Of a DNA stretch of 64,000 bases, positions 17,324 to 27,494 are shown piece by piece; positions within the stretch are counted from its first letter, which is position 1; each line of letters opens with the position of its first letter. Source of the stretch: Chloroflexota bacterium (GTDB lineage: Bacteria > Chloroflexota > UBA11872 > VXNJ01); assembly GCA_965207915.1 (NCBI GenBank), contig OZ242304.1, positions 1,965,581-2,029,580 on the forward strand, written 5' to 3'. The notes beneath the pieces are model-generated. The model saw nothing but the letters and a program-made list of their open reading frames with translations, did not search any database and had not been told where the DNA came from. A program made the translations under genes and the position numbers.

Positions 17324-18106
17324 TTGCTCTCGGAGGCCGACCGCCAAGCTGCGGCCGAAGCGATATACCGCGCCGAGCGGACCCGGATTCCCTGCCCTCC
17401 GCCGTCACACGAATGGCCGGGCATGCAAATCGAAGACGGGTATGACGTGCAGCGCCGCTGGGCCCGAATCCGCATCGAAAACGGCGCCCGGATAGTCGGA
17501 CGCAAGATCGGGCTCACCAGCCGCGCCATGCAGGCGGCGTCGAATATGAGCGAGCCCGACTACGGGGTGATCCTGGACGACTCGTTGTACCGGGACGGAG
17601 CCCGGATCCCGGCCCGGACCTTCATCAAACCGCGTCTGGAGACGGAACTGGCGTTCGTGATGGGAGAAGACTTGGGCGGGGCCGGGTGCCAGGTCCACGA
17701 CGTCCTGCGGGCCACCGAGTACGTGACCCCGGCGCTGGAAGTAATCGACCGCCGCACTACGGTGCCGCGGGCCATCGCCGACGCGATCGCGGACAACGCC
17801 GGCTATGGCGCGATCATCCTGGGCGGTCGGGTCATCCGACCGTTCGACGTCGATTTGCGCTGGATCGGGGCGACCTTGGCCAGGAACGGGGTCATCGAAG
17901 AAAGCGGCGTCTCGGCGGCGATCATGGGTCACCCTGCGGCCGGGGTCGCCTGGCTGGTGGAAAAGCTGGCGCCGCTGGGGGACGAACTCAAAAAGGGTGA
18001 CATTGTGCTGGGTGGATCGTTCACGCGGCCGGTCGATGTAGCTCCCGGCGATGTGGTGTTTGCCGACTACGGCCCGATCGGCGCGATCGGCGTCAGCTTT
18101 GATTGA
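17324..18106 (+). CDS. 2-keto-4-pentenoate / 2-oxohept-4-enedioate hydratase family protein (MhpD/HpaH-like)
   Basis: Fumarylacetoacetate-hydrolase-related hydratase fold motifs: GRKIGLTS, EPDYGVILD, TELAFVMG, EVIDRR. Confidence 0.75.
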   Translation: MLSEADRQAAAEAIYRAERTRIPCPPPSHEWPGMQIEDGYDVQRRWARIRIENGARIVGRKIGLTSRAMQAASNMSEPDYGVILDDSLYRDGARIPARTFIKPRLETELAFVMGEDLGGAGCQVHDVLRATEYVTPALEVIDRRTTVPRAIADAIADNAGYGAIILGGRVIRPFDVDLRWIGATLARNGVIEESGVSAAIMGHPAAGVAWLVEKLAPLGDELKKGDIVLGGSFTRPVDVAPGDVVFADYGPIGAIGVSFD

Positions 18107-18498
18107 GGGGCGGCGACCACGCACGCCCGGTTGACATTTGTCGATCCCCGATGACGACGGTCGCGATTTAGGGGCTGGTAGTTGCGCTGGTGGAATTGGC
18201 CGCCGGGGAAGGGCGGCAAATCACGAGCCATGCGACGCCCGGCAGCGGACCGCGAGCCAAGCGGAAGCTTCCATTCCGGCGAAATTTGGTGATAATTGGG
18301 GGCACGCCAGACCCCCGGCTGATTCCCCCGGGGCCTTCCCGGCCGACGCGTGATCAGACAGCCACCGCGCGACTTTGCTCGCGGAAACGTCCAAGACAGC
18401 GGTGGCAGCAATCAATACCCACCGCAAGGATTCGTTGGATATTGCCTAAAGCAGCATCCAGGCTGATTGCCTTAGTGCGGGCGAAGAACCTGGGGCAT

Positions 18499-20535
18499 AT
18501 GGCCAACGGGCCGCTGATCCGGTTGCTGCTCATCGTGCCGGCCGCGGTCCTGCTGGCGGGCTGCGAGTTCTTCGTTGCCGCGGTCGCCCCGACCCCCACC
18601 CTGGTGGGCTCGGCGTCGTCCTCCAACCGTCCGCTGGTCACCGTGGACCGAGGGACGATCGAGCAGGCCATCCGGGCCACCGGAAGGGTGGTGGCGCGCG
18701 AGCGGGAAGACCTCTATTTCGTCTCTGGAGGTCGGATCAAGTCGGTTTCGGTGCGCCAGGGCGAGATCGTCGAAGCCGGCACCCTGCTGGCCGAACTGGA
18801 GACCGGAAATCTTGAGTCCCAGGTCGAAAGTGCCCTGGAATCGTTCGAGACCGCCTCGCTGCGGGTCAAGGCTGCCGAACAGGCCCTGGCCAACGATCAG
18901 GCGAACTCGCTTCAACAGCTTCTGACGGCCCGCAACGACGTGATCCGCCGGCAAGAGCAAATCAATCTCTCGCTCAACGGCGGAGACCCCGACCTGGTCA
19001 CCTCGGCGCGAGCCCAGCTGGCGGCCGCCCAGATGGCCTACAGCAACGCCCAGACGAAACTCCAGGTGTTGCAGGCATCGCCCGCCAACATACGGTCTGC
19101 AGTCGACTTGGAGCTAAACGCCAGGCTTGAACGCCTGTCTTCGCTCCAGCTTGCGCTGCAGGACCTGGCCGCCGCCGGCCCGCCGTCCGGCGGCGAGGCG
19201 CGCGCCGAGGCGGCGCGCCGCTTGGCCGACCTGCGCAGTGCCGTGACGGTCGCCCAAGCCAACGTCCTGCTGGCACAGGAAGACCTCGATCGAATCCGCA
19301 ACGGCGCCACCGGCGAGGACCTCGAGCAAGCCCGACTGGTCTTCCGGCGCGCGGAAATCAATTACGAGAACTCGCTCGAGCGCAACTTCAGCGGCGATCA
19401 GCGCGAACAAGCCGAAATCACCTACAACCTGGCCCTGCTGGCCTACGAGCGTGCGGTCAATCCGGGCGACGAGGCCGACGTCGCCAAAGCCCGCGTAGCC
19501 CTGGACCAGGCCCGCACCCGCCTGGAGCGGGCCCGCGAATCCCTGGCCGATGTGCTGGTCGACGGCGATGAACCCGGCGCGCTTGAGCGCCTCATCGCCC
19601 AGGTGCAATCCGAATACGGCGTCAGGGTTGCCAACGCCCAGCTGGCGGTGGTGCAGGCCCAGCGATCGGTCGATGAGTCCCGCGTGGAACTCTCCAACAT
19701 CGATGCCGGCCTGGGTTCGAACGAGCAGCGCGCCGCCCAGGCGAGCTTCTCCCAGGCCAGCAACAATCTCGCCCGCGCCCAGTCCCGTCTGGCCGAACTC
19801 CTTGATCCCCCGCCGGCCGACCTGGACGTTGCCCAGAACGCGTTGGATGCGGCCATTTCCCGCCGCGACAACCTGGAGGAGCGTTACGCGCAGTTCGAAC
19901 GCAAGGAATCGCAGAAGGACATCGACCTGACGATTGCCACCAACAATTTCGACCAGGCCAGGATCCAGCTTGAACGCCTGCAGGCGCAGACCTTCGAAAA
20001 CCAGATCGTGGCTCCCTTCGGCGGGGAAATAACCTTCACCCGCGGTCGGGCCGGCGACCAGGTTCAGGCATACCAGGAAATCATCGGGATTTCCAACCCC
20101 GAAAACCTGGTGATCGAATCGCTGATACCGGAGACCGATTTCGAAAACCTTTCGATCGGTCAAATCGTCGACGTCCAGCTGGACGCATTCCCGGGCCGCA
20201 ACTTCGTGGGTACGGTTTCCTCGCTGCCGCGCAACATCGTCTCCAACACCGGCCAGACGATCAAGATTCCGGAGACCGAAATTGAAGTGGACTGGGCCGG
20301 CGCCGCGGTCGAACTGGGCATGCTGGCGCGCCTCAAGGTCACGGTTCAGGTCAAGGATGACGTCCTGAAGGTGCCGGCCGCGGCGGTGCGCCGCGTGAAC
20401 GCCCGCGAATTCGTCGAGACGATCGTCGACGGGCAGCGCCGCAGCCTGCAGGTGACCACCGGAATCGCGTCAGACACCGAAATCGAGATTGAATCGGGCC
20501 TTGAAGAGGGCATGGAGATCTACGCGTCGCCGTAG
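18499..20535 (+). CDS. Efflux periplasmic adaptor (HlyD/MFP family) lipoprotein with an unusually long coiled-coil
   Basis: ATG at 18499 (MANGPLIRLLLIVPAAVLLAGC, lipobox). The beta-barrel/lipoyl halves (VTVDRGTIEQAIRATGRVVA...SGGRIKSVSVRQGEIVEAGTLLAEL and a C-terminal MP domain) are separated by ~400 aa of Ala/Gln/Leu/Arg-rich heptad sequence. ~678 aa in total. Confidence 0.75.
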   Translation: MANGPLIRLLLIVPAAVLLAGCEFFVAAVAPTPTLVGSASSSNRPLVTVDRGTIEQAIRATGRVVAREREDLYFVSGGRIKSVSVRQGEIVEAGTLLAELETGNLESQVESALESFETASLRVKAAEQALANDQANSLQQLLTARNDVIRRQEQINLSLNGGDPDLVTSARAQLAAAQMAYSNAQTKLQVLQASPANIRSAVDLELNARLERLSSLQLALQDLAAAGPPSGGEARAEAARRLADLRSAVTVAQANVLLAQEDLDRIRNGATGEDLEQARLVFRRAEINYENSLERNFSGDQREQAEITYNLALLAYERAVNPGDEADVAKARVALDQARTRLERARESLADVLVDGDEPGALERLIAQVQSEYGVRVANAQLAVVQAQRSVDESRVELSNIDAGLGSNEQRAAQASFSQASNNLARAQSRLAELLDPPPADLDVAQNALDAAISRRDNLEERYAQFERKESQKDIDLTIATNNFDQARIQLERLQAQTFENQIVAPFGGEITFTRGRAGDQVQAYQEIIGISNPENLVIESLIPETDFENLSIGQIVDVQLDAFPGRNFVGTVSSLPRNIVSNTGQTIKIPETEIEVDWAGAAVELGMLARLKVTVQVKDDVLKVPAAAVRRVNAREFVETIVDGQRRSLQVTTGIASDTEIEIESGLEEGMEIYASP

Positions 20536-20582
20536 GCGCAACGCAGCGGCTTTGCAAATGACCGGTCGGAGTCGCTGAGGCG

Positions 20583-23441
20583 ATGCTGCTGCCGATGGTG
20601 GTCTTTGCCGCCAAACGCCTGCTGCACAAGAGCCAGCTGATCCTGGCCACCGTGTTGGGCCTGATCATTACCGTCACCCTGGTGACGGCGGTCCCGGTCT
20701 TCTCCGACGGGATGTCCGAATTCCTGCTGCAGCGCGAGCTCAAGGAACCGAGCGTTGACCGGCGCCAACCCGCCTCTTCGGTCATGCTGCGCCACTTTTC
20801 CAGGCCCGAGGTGAACGAAGCGCCGACAACGGTCGAGGAATTCCTGACCGCCGACAGCTTTTTTGCCCATCGCATCGGCCAGCTGACGGGCATGGATGAA
20901 ATCTCGCAGGTCACGTACCTGCAGACCGACGTCCATCCGGTCTTGCCATTCGAGGCCTCGCTGCAGAGCGGACGCCGCGAGCGCACCCTCGAGTACGCGT
21001 GGTTCGCCACGGCTTCCGATATCGACGAGCACATCCGGTTCCTGGAAGGTCGGGCGCCGACCAGCGAAGTCGGCTCCATCGAGGTGAACGGCGAACCCGC
21101 CATGTTGCTGGAGGTGTCGGCATCCAACAACTTGCTCGACAAGTTCGGCTATCTCGTCGGTGACCGGATCAAGTTGTTCTACACCGACCAGGACACCGAG
21201 GAGGAGCACCCGATAGCCTTCGACATCGTCGGGCGGTGGGTGCCGACCGATCCCGACAACCGCAGCTACTGGTTCTACAGTCCGATCTCGACGTTCGACC
21301 GCGGTGGATTCATGATCAATCGCGACGTCTACCTGGATCGGCTGGTCGCCACCTTCCCTGGCATCTTCTACGAGGCGACCTGGTATTCGGACTTTGACCC
21401 GGCCTCGATAAGGGCGTCGAGTTATCGGGCCGTCGCCGGAGGGTTGGTGACGCTGCGGGCCGCGACCAACCAGATCCTCCCCGGGACGAAGCTCGATTAT
21501 TCTCCGCAGGACGTGATCGTCAGCTTCAACGACAAGCTGTTCTTCCTGAAGCTGCTGCTGTTTATCCTGGCGGCCCCGGTAGTGGCGATCATCCTCTACT
21601 ACGTGAGCCTTACCGCCGGCATGGTGATCGACCAGCAGCGCAGCGAAATCGCCGTCCTCAAGAGCCGCGGCGTCGGCACCCTGCAGATCGTAGGGGTTTA
21701 CATAATCGAAGGATTGTTAGTAGCTGCGATCGCCCTGGGTCTGGGGCCGCTACTGGCCCTGGGGCTGGCTCAGATCATCGGCAAGACTTACACGTTCCTG
21801 GTCTTTACCGACCGCGAAAACCTGCCGGTGATGCTCACCCAGCAGCACTACCTCTACGCCGCCGGGGCGGTATTCCTGGCGGTCCTGGCGACCCTGGTAC
21901 CGGCGATCGGGGCGGCCCGGCTCTCGGTGGTGGAGTTCAAGCAGGATGTCTCTCGCACCCTGGGCAAGCCCTTCTACCAACGCTTTTTCCTCGACGTCCT
22001 TATCGTCGGGATCGTCATCTACGGCTACATAAACCTGCGCGAACGCGATTCGCTGCTCTCGTTCGGGCCCGGCGGCGAACTGTTCTCGGACCCGCTGTTG
22101 GTGGTGATGCCGGTGCTGTTCATCTTCGCCCTGGCCCTGCTGTTCCTACGCTTCATCCCTTACCTTGTGGCCCTCCTGGCCGCGATCGGCGGGCGCTACT
22201 GGGGAGTCGGTATACACCTCGGTCTGCGACAGATCGGCCGCAGTCCGGGCCAGTACACCAGGCTGGTCCTGCTGTTGGTGCTGACCTTTGCGCTGGGAAC
22301 GTTCTCCGCCTCGATGGCGGCGACGATCGACCGCAACATCTCCGACCGCGCCTATTTCGAAGTCGGTTCGGAGGTCCTGTTTGAGGAGACCGGTTTCTGG
22401 GACGCCGACAACGGGGTCTGGATCATCCAGCCGGCCGACTTGCATTCACGTGCCGTCGATGAGAACGGTGAACCGATGCTGGAGCAGTTCGCGCGGCTAT
22501 GGCATGACGACGACGCCCACTTCATTCCGCCGGGGCGCAACCAGGCCGACACGGTCAACGTCTACGGGGTGGATCCGATCCCGTTCGCCAAGACTGCATG
22601 GTGGCGTTCGGACTTTGCTCCCTATCACATCAATTCGATGATGAACGCGCTGGCCGGCGACGAACGCGCCCTTCTGGCCGACCGCTCCTACTTCGGCGAC
22701 CAGCTGCTGCTTCGACAGGGCGATCCGCTCACGATCCGCTTCGCGCAGCTCGATCTCGAATTCTTCATCGCCGGCTGGATCGATGATTTCCCGACCCACT
22801 ACCCCGAATCGGGCCCGTTCGTGGTCGCCAACCTGGACTACATCCACCGCAACATCGGCGAGAGCCCCTGGAACATCCTGGGGATACCGGCCGAGGGAGT
22901 CGCTGTCCCGGATATTGCCGAAAAACTCTGGGAATTGCGCATCGACCTGCTGCGCTACAACGTGACCGCCCTGACTATCCAGGACTCGCGGGCCGACGCG
23001 ACCCAGACCGGGACCTTCGGAATCCTCACGGTCGGGTTCGTGATCTCCACGCTCCTGACCCTGCTGGGATTCCTGCTTTATTCCTTCCTCTCATTTAGGC
23101 GGCGCCTCCAGGAATTCGGCGTATTGCGGGCGATGGGACTTTCGGTTCGGCAGATGATCAACCTGTTCATGTTCGAGAACGGTTTCCTCATTGGAATGGG
23201 CACCCTGGTCGGAACCGCGCTGGGAATCCTGACCGGCAACCTGTTCATCCCGTTTCTGCAGCTTTCGGCAGACCGATTCGCCGACACGCCGGCCTTCATC
23301 ATCGAAACGGCCTGGGGCGACATCGGCAAGATATACCTGGTGCTCGGAGTGGTGTTGGTGGTGGCGGTTCCGGTCTCGATCTGGATGCTGCGCCGGATCC
23401 GGATACACGAGGCAATGAAGTTCGGGGACGAGACTGGATGA
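20583..23441 (+). CDS. ABC transporter permease with two tandem FtsX/MacB-type halves, each with a large extracytoplasmic domain
   Basis: 952 aa; two FtsX-like 4-TM modules (ILYYVSLTAGMVIDQQRSEIAVLKSRGVG and FLSFRRRLQEFGVLRAMGLS), each preceded by a ~250-aa soluble domain. Confidence 0.8.
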   Translation: MLLPMVVFAAKRLLHKSQLILATVLGLIITVTLVTAVPVFSDGMSEFLLQRELKEPSVDRRQPASSVMLRHFSRPEVNEAPTTVEEFLTADSFFAHRIGQLTGMDEISQVTYLQTDVHPVLPFEASLQSGRRERTLEYAWFATASDIDEHIRFLEGRAPTSEVGSIEVNGEPAMLLEVSASNNLLDKFGYLVGDRIKLFYTDQDTEEEHPIAFDIVGRWVPTDPDNRSYWFYSPISTFDRGGFMINRDVYLDRLVATFPGIFYEATWYSDFDPASIRASSYRAVAGGLVTLRAATNQILPGTKLDYSPQDVIVSFNDKLFFLKLLLFILAAPVVAIILYYVSLTAGMVIDQQRSEIAVLKSRGVGTLQIVGVYIIEGLLVAAIALGLGPLLALGLAQIIGKTYTFLVFTDRENLPVMLTQQHYLYAAGAVFLAVLATLVPAIGAARLSVVEFKQDVSRTLGKPFYQRFFLDVLIVGIVIYGYINLRERDSLLSFGPGGELFSDPLLVVMPVLFIFALALLFLRFIPYLVALLAAIGGRYWGVGIHLGLRQIGRSPGQYTRLVLLLVLTFALGTFSASMAATIDRNISDRAYFEVGSEVLFEETGFWDADNGVWIIQPADLHSRAVDENGEPMLEQFARLWHDDDAHFIPPGRNQADTVNVYGVDPIPFAKTAWWRSDFAPYHINSMMNALAGDERALLADRSYFGDQLLLRQGDPLTIRFAQLDLEFFIAGWIDDFPTHYPESGPFVVANLDYIHRNIGESPWNILGIPAEGVAVPDIAEKLWELRIDLLRYNVTALTIQDSRADATQTGTFGILTVGFVISTLLTLLGFLLYSFLSFRRRLQEFGVLRAMGLSVRQMINLFMFENGFLIGMGTLVGTALGILTGNLFIPFLQLSADRFADTPAFIIETAWGDIGKIYLVLGVVLVVAVPVSIWMLRRIRIHEAMKFGDETG

Positions 23442-24388
23442 AAGACTTCACCAGCCACATTGAAACCGGCGAGAGTCTGGTCGTGTGCTCCGGACTGGTC
23501 AAGATCTACAAGGTCGCGGACCTGGAAGTTGTCGCCTTGCAGGGCTTGGACCTGTCCATCGGGCGCGGCGAACTCATGGCCATCATCGGCAACAGCGGAT
23601 CCGGCAAATCGACGCTATTGAACATCCTGGGCGGGCTGGACCGGCCGTCGGCCGGCAGCTGCCGGATGGGGGAATTGGACCTTGTCAACTGCTCCGAGTC
23701 CGATCTCGTCTACTACAAGCGGCATATCGCCGGCTTCGTCTGGCAGCAGAGTTCCCGCAATCTGATTCCCTATCTGTCGGCGCTGGAAAACGTCGAAACC
23801 CCGATGATCTTCTCCGGCCTTTCCGGGCGGGTGCGGCGCGATCGGGCGCGCGAGTTGCTCGATACGGTCGGCCTGGGCGACCGGATGGGCCATAACCCGG
23901 GCGAACTCTCCGGCGGGCAGCAGCAGCGCGTGGCGATTGCGGTGTCGCTGGCCAACAATCCGGACATCCTGCTGGCCGACGAACCGACCGGTGAAGTCGA
24001 CACCGAGACCGCCCACCTGATTTACGACCTGTTCCACGATCTGAACCGCGAGCGCGGCCTGACCGTGGTGGTCGTTTCGCACGACCGCGGCATCGCGAAC
24101 CAGGTGGACCGGGTGGTGGCGATCCGCGACGGACGCACGTCCACCGAGACCGTGCGCCGAATCAGCGGCGAGCACACCGACGAGGTCTCGCACGAGGAGT
24201 ACGTGATCGTTGACGACGTCGGACGCCTGCAAATCCCGCACGAACACCTCGAACACGCCGGGATCGCCGGACGCGCGGTCGTCGAATACGAAGAGGGTCG
24301 GGTAATCATCAAGTCGGCCGCCAACGGCGACGAAGAGCAGCCCCGCAACGCGCCGCGCCGGACCGGGCTATTCGGCAGGGACCGGTGA
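23438..24388 (+). CDS. ABC transporter ATP-binding protein (MacB/LolD-type NBD), subunit 1
   Basis: [41 protein letters not shown]. Overlaps the permease stop by 4 nt. Confidence 0.85.
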   Translation: MKDFTSHIETGESLVVCSGLVKIYKVADLEVVALQGLDLSIGRGELMAIIGNSGSGKSTLLNILGGLDRPSAGSCRMGELDLVNCSESDLVYYKRHIAGFVWQQSSRNLIPYLSALENVETPMIFSGLSGRVRRDRARELLDTVGLGDRMGHNPGELSGGQQQRVAIAVSLANNPDILLADEPTGEVDTETAHLIYDLFHDLNRERGLTVVVVSHDRGIANQVDRVVAIRDGRTSTETVRRISGEHTDEVSHEEYVIVDDVGRLQIPHEHLEHAGIAGRAVVEYEEGRVIIKSAANGDEEQPRNAPRRTGLFGRDR

Positions 24389-25248
24389 GCACCGAAACCG
24401 CTACCACCCTGGTGGGCCTCAAAGGCGTCTGCCGGTATTACCACGCCGGCGAGGCCAACGAGGTCCGCGCCGTCGATCGGGTGGATCTGGAAGTCAAGCG
24501 CGGGCGATTCATCACCCTGCGCGGCCGGTCCGGTTCAGGCAAGACAACGCTCCTGAACCTGGTCGGGGGACTGGACAAGGCGACCGGGGGCGAGGTTTTC
24601 TTCGACGGCAAGGCGCTCGCCTCGCTCAATGACAACCAGTTGACCGAGCTGCGCCGCCACGAGATGGGATTCGTTTTCCAGACCTTCTCGCTGCTGCCGG
24701 TGCTGTCGGCATACGAGAACGTGGAATTGACGATGCGGATCGCGGGCATGCCGGCCGGCCAGCGCCGCCAACGAGCGCGCGAACTGTTGACGTTGGTGGG
24801 TTTGCGCAGCCGCATGCACCACCGTCCGTTTGAGCTGTCCGGCGGTGAGCAGCAACGGGTTGCAATCGCCCGGGCGCTGGCCAACGACCCGACCCTGCTG
24901 ATAGCCGATGAGCCGACCGGGGCGCTGGACTCGGTGACCGGAATCGAGATCGTACTGCTTTTCCGTCGCGTCGTCGACGAACAGGGCATTACCGTGATCA
25001 TGGCCACGCACGATCCGGCGCTCTCGCAGTTCACCGACGACACCTGGCTGATGGAAGACGGACGGCTCAGTCACGCCGAAGGTCCCTTGGACCTGGATCT
25101 TCCCGATCTTGTCCAGCACGTGGAATTTGCCGAACCGCTGCTTGATGTGAATAAATCCCAGCACGATGCCGAGGAACACCTGGGCATCGCCCAGCCCGAA
25201 GCCGAACCGGCCGGCGACGACCAGTTCCGGCGGCCGGACCCCGAGTAA
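24385..25248 (+). CDS. ABC transporter ATP-binding protein, subunit 2
   Basis: [41 protein letters not shown]. Overlaps subunit 1 by 4 nt. Confidence 0.85.
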   Translation: MSTETATTLVGLKGVCRYYHAGEANEVRAVDRVDLEVKRGRFITLRGRSGSGKTTLLNLVGGLDKATGGEVFFDGKALASLNDNQLTELRRHEMGFVFQTFSLLPVLSAYENVELTMRIAGMPAGQRRQRARELLTLVGLRSRMHHRPFELSGGEQQRVAIARALANDPTLLIADEPTGALDSVTGIEIVLLFRRVVDEQGITVIMATHDPALSQFTDDTWLMEDGRLSHAEGPLDLDLPDLVQHVEFAEPLLDVNKSQHDAEEHLGIAQPEAEPAGDDQFRRPDPE

Positions 25249-25260
25249 GCGCGGCCGCGC

Positions 25261-25854
25261 TTGCCGGCGGATGACCAGGTCAGCGGCGGCCGACCCGGCC
25301 GGTCGCTGACGGCGCGCAGCGACCCGGGAACCCGGATAACCGGAGAGCCGGCTGCCAAGACCGACCTGCGCGTCCGCGCCCTGGGCGAAATCGACGAGCT
25401 GACGAGCTATCTCGGGGTGGCCCGGGCTCATAACCCGCACCCCGAATTGGGAAAAATCCTGGTTCGTTTGCAGGAACTATTGCTTACGCTGGGCTGCGAA
25501 ATAGCCGACCCCGAGCGTCGCGGCGAGGTGTTTTTGACCGCCGCCGATTGCCGGGCGCTGACTGAAGCGGTCCGGGTTCACGAACGCGCGCTCCCGCGGC
25601 TGGTCCGGTTCATCGTCCCGGGACCGCCCTCGCCGGCGGCCGAACTGCACTACTCGCGTTCGATCGCCCGTCGGCTGGAGCGCAGCCTGCAGTCGCTGGC
25701 GGCGACCGAACCGGTGTCGGAGGCGGCCTTGGCGGCCGCCAACGAGCTTTCCGACCTGCTTTTCGCGCTGGCACGCCGCGCGGCGCACGCCGCCGGCGAA
25801 GTCGATCACGAGTGGCGTCCGCGCGCACCGCTGTCGGATAGCGATCTGCAGTGA
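25261..25854 (+). CDS. Cob(I)alamin adenosyltransferase-like protein (PduO-type), divergent N-terminus
   Basis: TRITGEPAAKTDLRVRALGEIDELTSYLGVARA resembles the PduO-type ATR N-terminal motif but is shorter. The real start is probably internal. Confidence 0.5.
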   Translation: MPADDQVSGGRPGRSLTARSDPGTRITGEPAAKTDLRVRALGEIDELTSYLGVARAHNPHPELGKILVRLQELLLTLGCEIADPERRGEVFLTAADCRALTEAVRVHERALPRLVRFIVPGPPSPAAELHYSRSIARRLERSLQSLAATEPVSEAALAAANELSDLLFALARRAAHAAGEVDHEWRPRAPLSDSDLQ

Positions 25855-25949
25855 CCGGGTCTCGGCGGATTTCAATTCCAGCTGCCAGCGGCCGTGCGTT
25901 TGTGCCGCGCCGCCGGCGGACGCGGACCTAGCCTATCCCGTGAGGATGC

Positions 25950-26609
25950 GTGTCGGCACCGATTGCTGGCAACATAGCAGATGCCAACCAGCCGTTCAAA
26001 CACCCAGTGAACCGTCCGCCGGGATCGTATTCGACCCTGGAGAGGCTGCTATTGAGCCCCCTGCGGCGCTGCGCCAACCCGGCCTTCGGAGCGGTAGCCC
26101 GTCTGCTGCAGCGGGTAGGTGTCAGCCCCAACGCGGTGTCACTCACCCAGATTCCGCTGGGCGTGGTCATAGCTTGGCAACTCGGGCAGAACCCGATTTT
26201 GGCCCTGGCGCTTTTCGTTTTAGCGCTGCTGCTTGACGGGCTTGATGGCGCGCTGGCCCGCATGAGCGGACGCGCTTCCGGGTACGGAGCGCTGGTGGAT
26301 CAGGTGGCCGACCATGTCCGGGAACTTACGGTCATGGCCGGATTTGCGGCCGCGGGGTTGATCTCGGGCGGCGTTGCAACTATGTACGCCGCCGCCTATC
26401 CGCTGCTCAACGCCCTGCTGTGGATCGGCGATCGCCACGGCCGGCCCGCGCGCGTGTCGGCCAAGGTCTGGCTCACCTTCTACCCGTTCTTCGCTCTCTG
26501 GGCGCTCACCGGGGTCAACTGGCTGAATTGGGCGGCTGCCGCGACGGCGGCGCTGTTGCTGCTCTCCAGCGCCTGGCAACTCTGGCTTTTGCGAACGTCA
26601 CGCCTGTAA
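25950..26609 (+). CDS. CDP-alcohol phosphatidyltransferase family protein
   Basis: DGLDGALARMSGRASGYGALVDQVADHV matches D-G-x2-A-R-x8-G-x3-D-x3-D; polytopic membrane protein. Confidence 0.6.
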   Translation: MSAPIAGNIADANQPFKHPVNRPPGSYSTLERLLLSPLRRCANPAFGAVARLLQRVGVSPNAVSLTQIPLGVVIAWQLGQNPILALALFVLALLLDGLDGALARMSGRASGYGALVDQVADHVRELTVMAGFAAAGLISGGVATMYAAAYPLLNALLWIGDRHGRPARVSAKVWLTFYPFFALWALTGVNWLNWAAAATAALLLLSSAWQLWLLRTSRL

Positions 26610-26627
26610 CCGGGGGATTGGCGGCGC

Positions 26628-27494
26628 CTAGAAGTCGACGACCGCGCCGTCCCTGCCCCACCACAGCTGCCCGCTGAAATTGGCGGCCACGTCGGCAATC
26701 GCACGCGCGGTCTCGCCGGGTCCGTCCATGGATGTGGACTGGTGGTTGATCAACAGCCGCCTGGCACCGGCCTCCTCGGCCATGCGTCCGGCCGATTCGG
26801 TCGAGGTCTCCGAAATCACGCTGGGCAGAGTCCGACCGTGGACCTCGCGGTGGACCGCCTCGATGACCGCCAGGTCGGCATCGCGGCACAGTTCGACCAC
26901 GGCCTCGCAGGGCGCGGTGTCACCGGAAAAACCGATTACGCCGTCGTCGGTCTCGAACCGGAAGCCGTAGCACTCGATGTACGGCTGGGCGTGCTTTACC
27001 TCCAGCGCCGAAACCTCCCAGCCGTCTCCGCTGGCCACCGGTCCGGATTCGTACTCGGTCACTTCGACCACGGGCGGCGGGCGCTCGCCCTGCCCGCCGC
27101 GCGAGTGGTAGGCGTTGACACTCATGGGGTGATTGACGCGCGCAACGACGTCGTACCAGAAAACCCCGCGGTCGGGGCTCCACAGCCGGTCGTGAATGTC
27201 CCGGACAGGACTCGGGCCATACACCTTCAAGTCGGGTTCGACGCCGATCGACTGGTCGAATCGGGTCATCAGAAAACAGGGGTAATCGGAGATGTGATCA
27301 GAGTGCAGGTGGGTGAAGAACAGGTGCTCGATTTCGGTGCAGCTGACCCCGAACTGGTGGAGCAGTTTGTGAGTGGTGGCCGGACCGCAGTCGATGAGGA
27401 ACTTCTGGCCGACCGCCTCAAGCAGGAAGCTGGTCCCCCAGCGTTCGATCGTCGGGGTCGGAGTCCCGCCGCCGACTACCCCCAGCCGCGCCAT
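26628..27494 (-). CDS. MBL-fold metallo-hydrolase
   Basis: HLHSDH (HxHxDH) motif. The start MARLGVVGGG is at 27492-27494 and overlaps the upstream oxidoreductase stop as ATGA. The track's 626-aa ORF (26628-28508) is a read-through artefact of this gene. Confidence 0.75.
   Translation of the reverse strand: MARLGVVGGGTPTPTIERWGTSFLLEAVGQKFLIDCGPATTHKLLHQFGVSCTEIEHLFFTHLHSDHISDYPCFLMTRFDQSIGVEPDLKVYGPSPVRDIHDRLWSPDRGVFWYDVVARVNHPMSVNAYHSRGGQGERPPPVVEVTEYESGPVASGDGWEVSALEVKHAQPYIECYGFRFETDDGVIGFSGDTAPCEAVVELCRDADLAVIEAVHREVHGRTLPSVISETSTESAGRMAEEAGARRLLINHQSTSMDGPGETARAIADVAANFSGQLWWGRDGAVVDF

Noticed and set aside
19114-20163. 349-aa minus-strand ORF inside the adaptor gene
   Set aside because: It is antisense to the coiled-coil region of the HlyD-type adaptor. 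Ala/Gln/Leu-rich coding sequence produces long open frames on the opposite strand.
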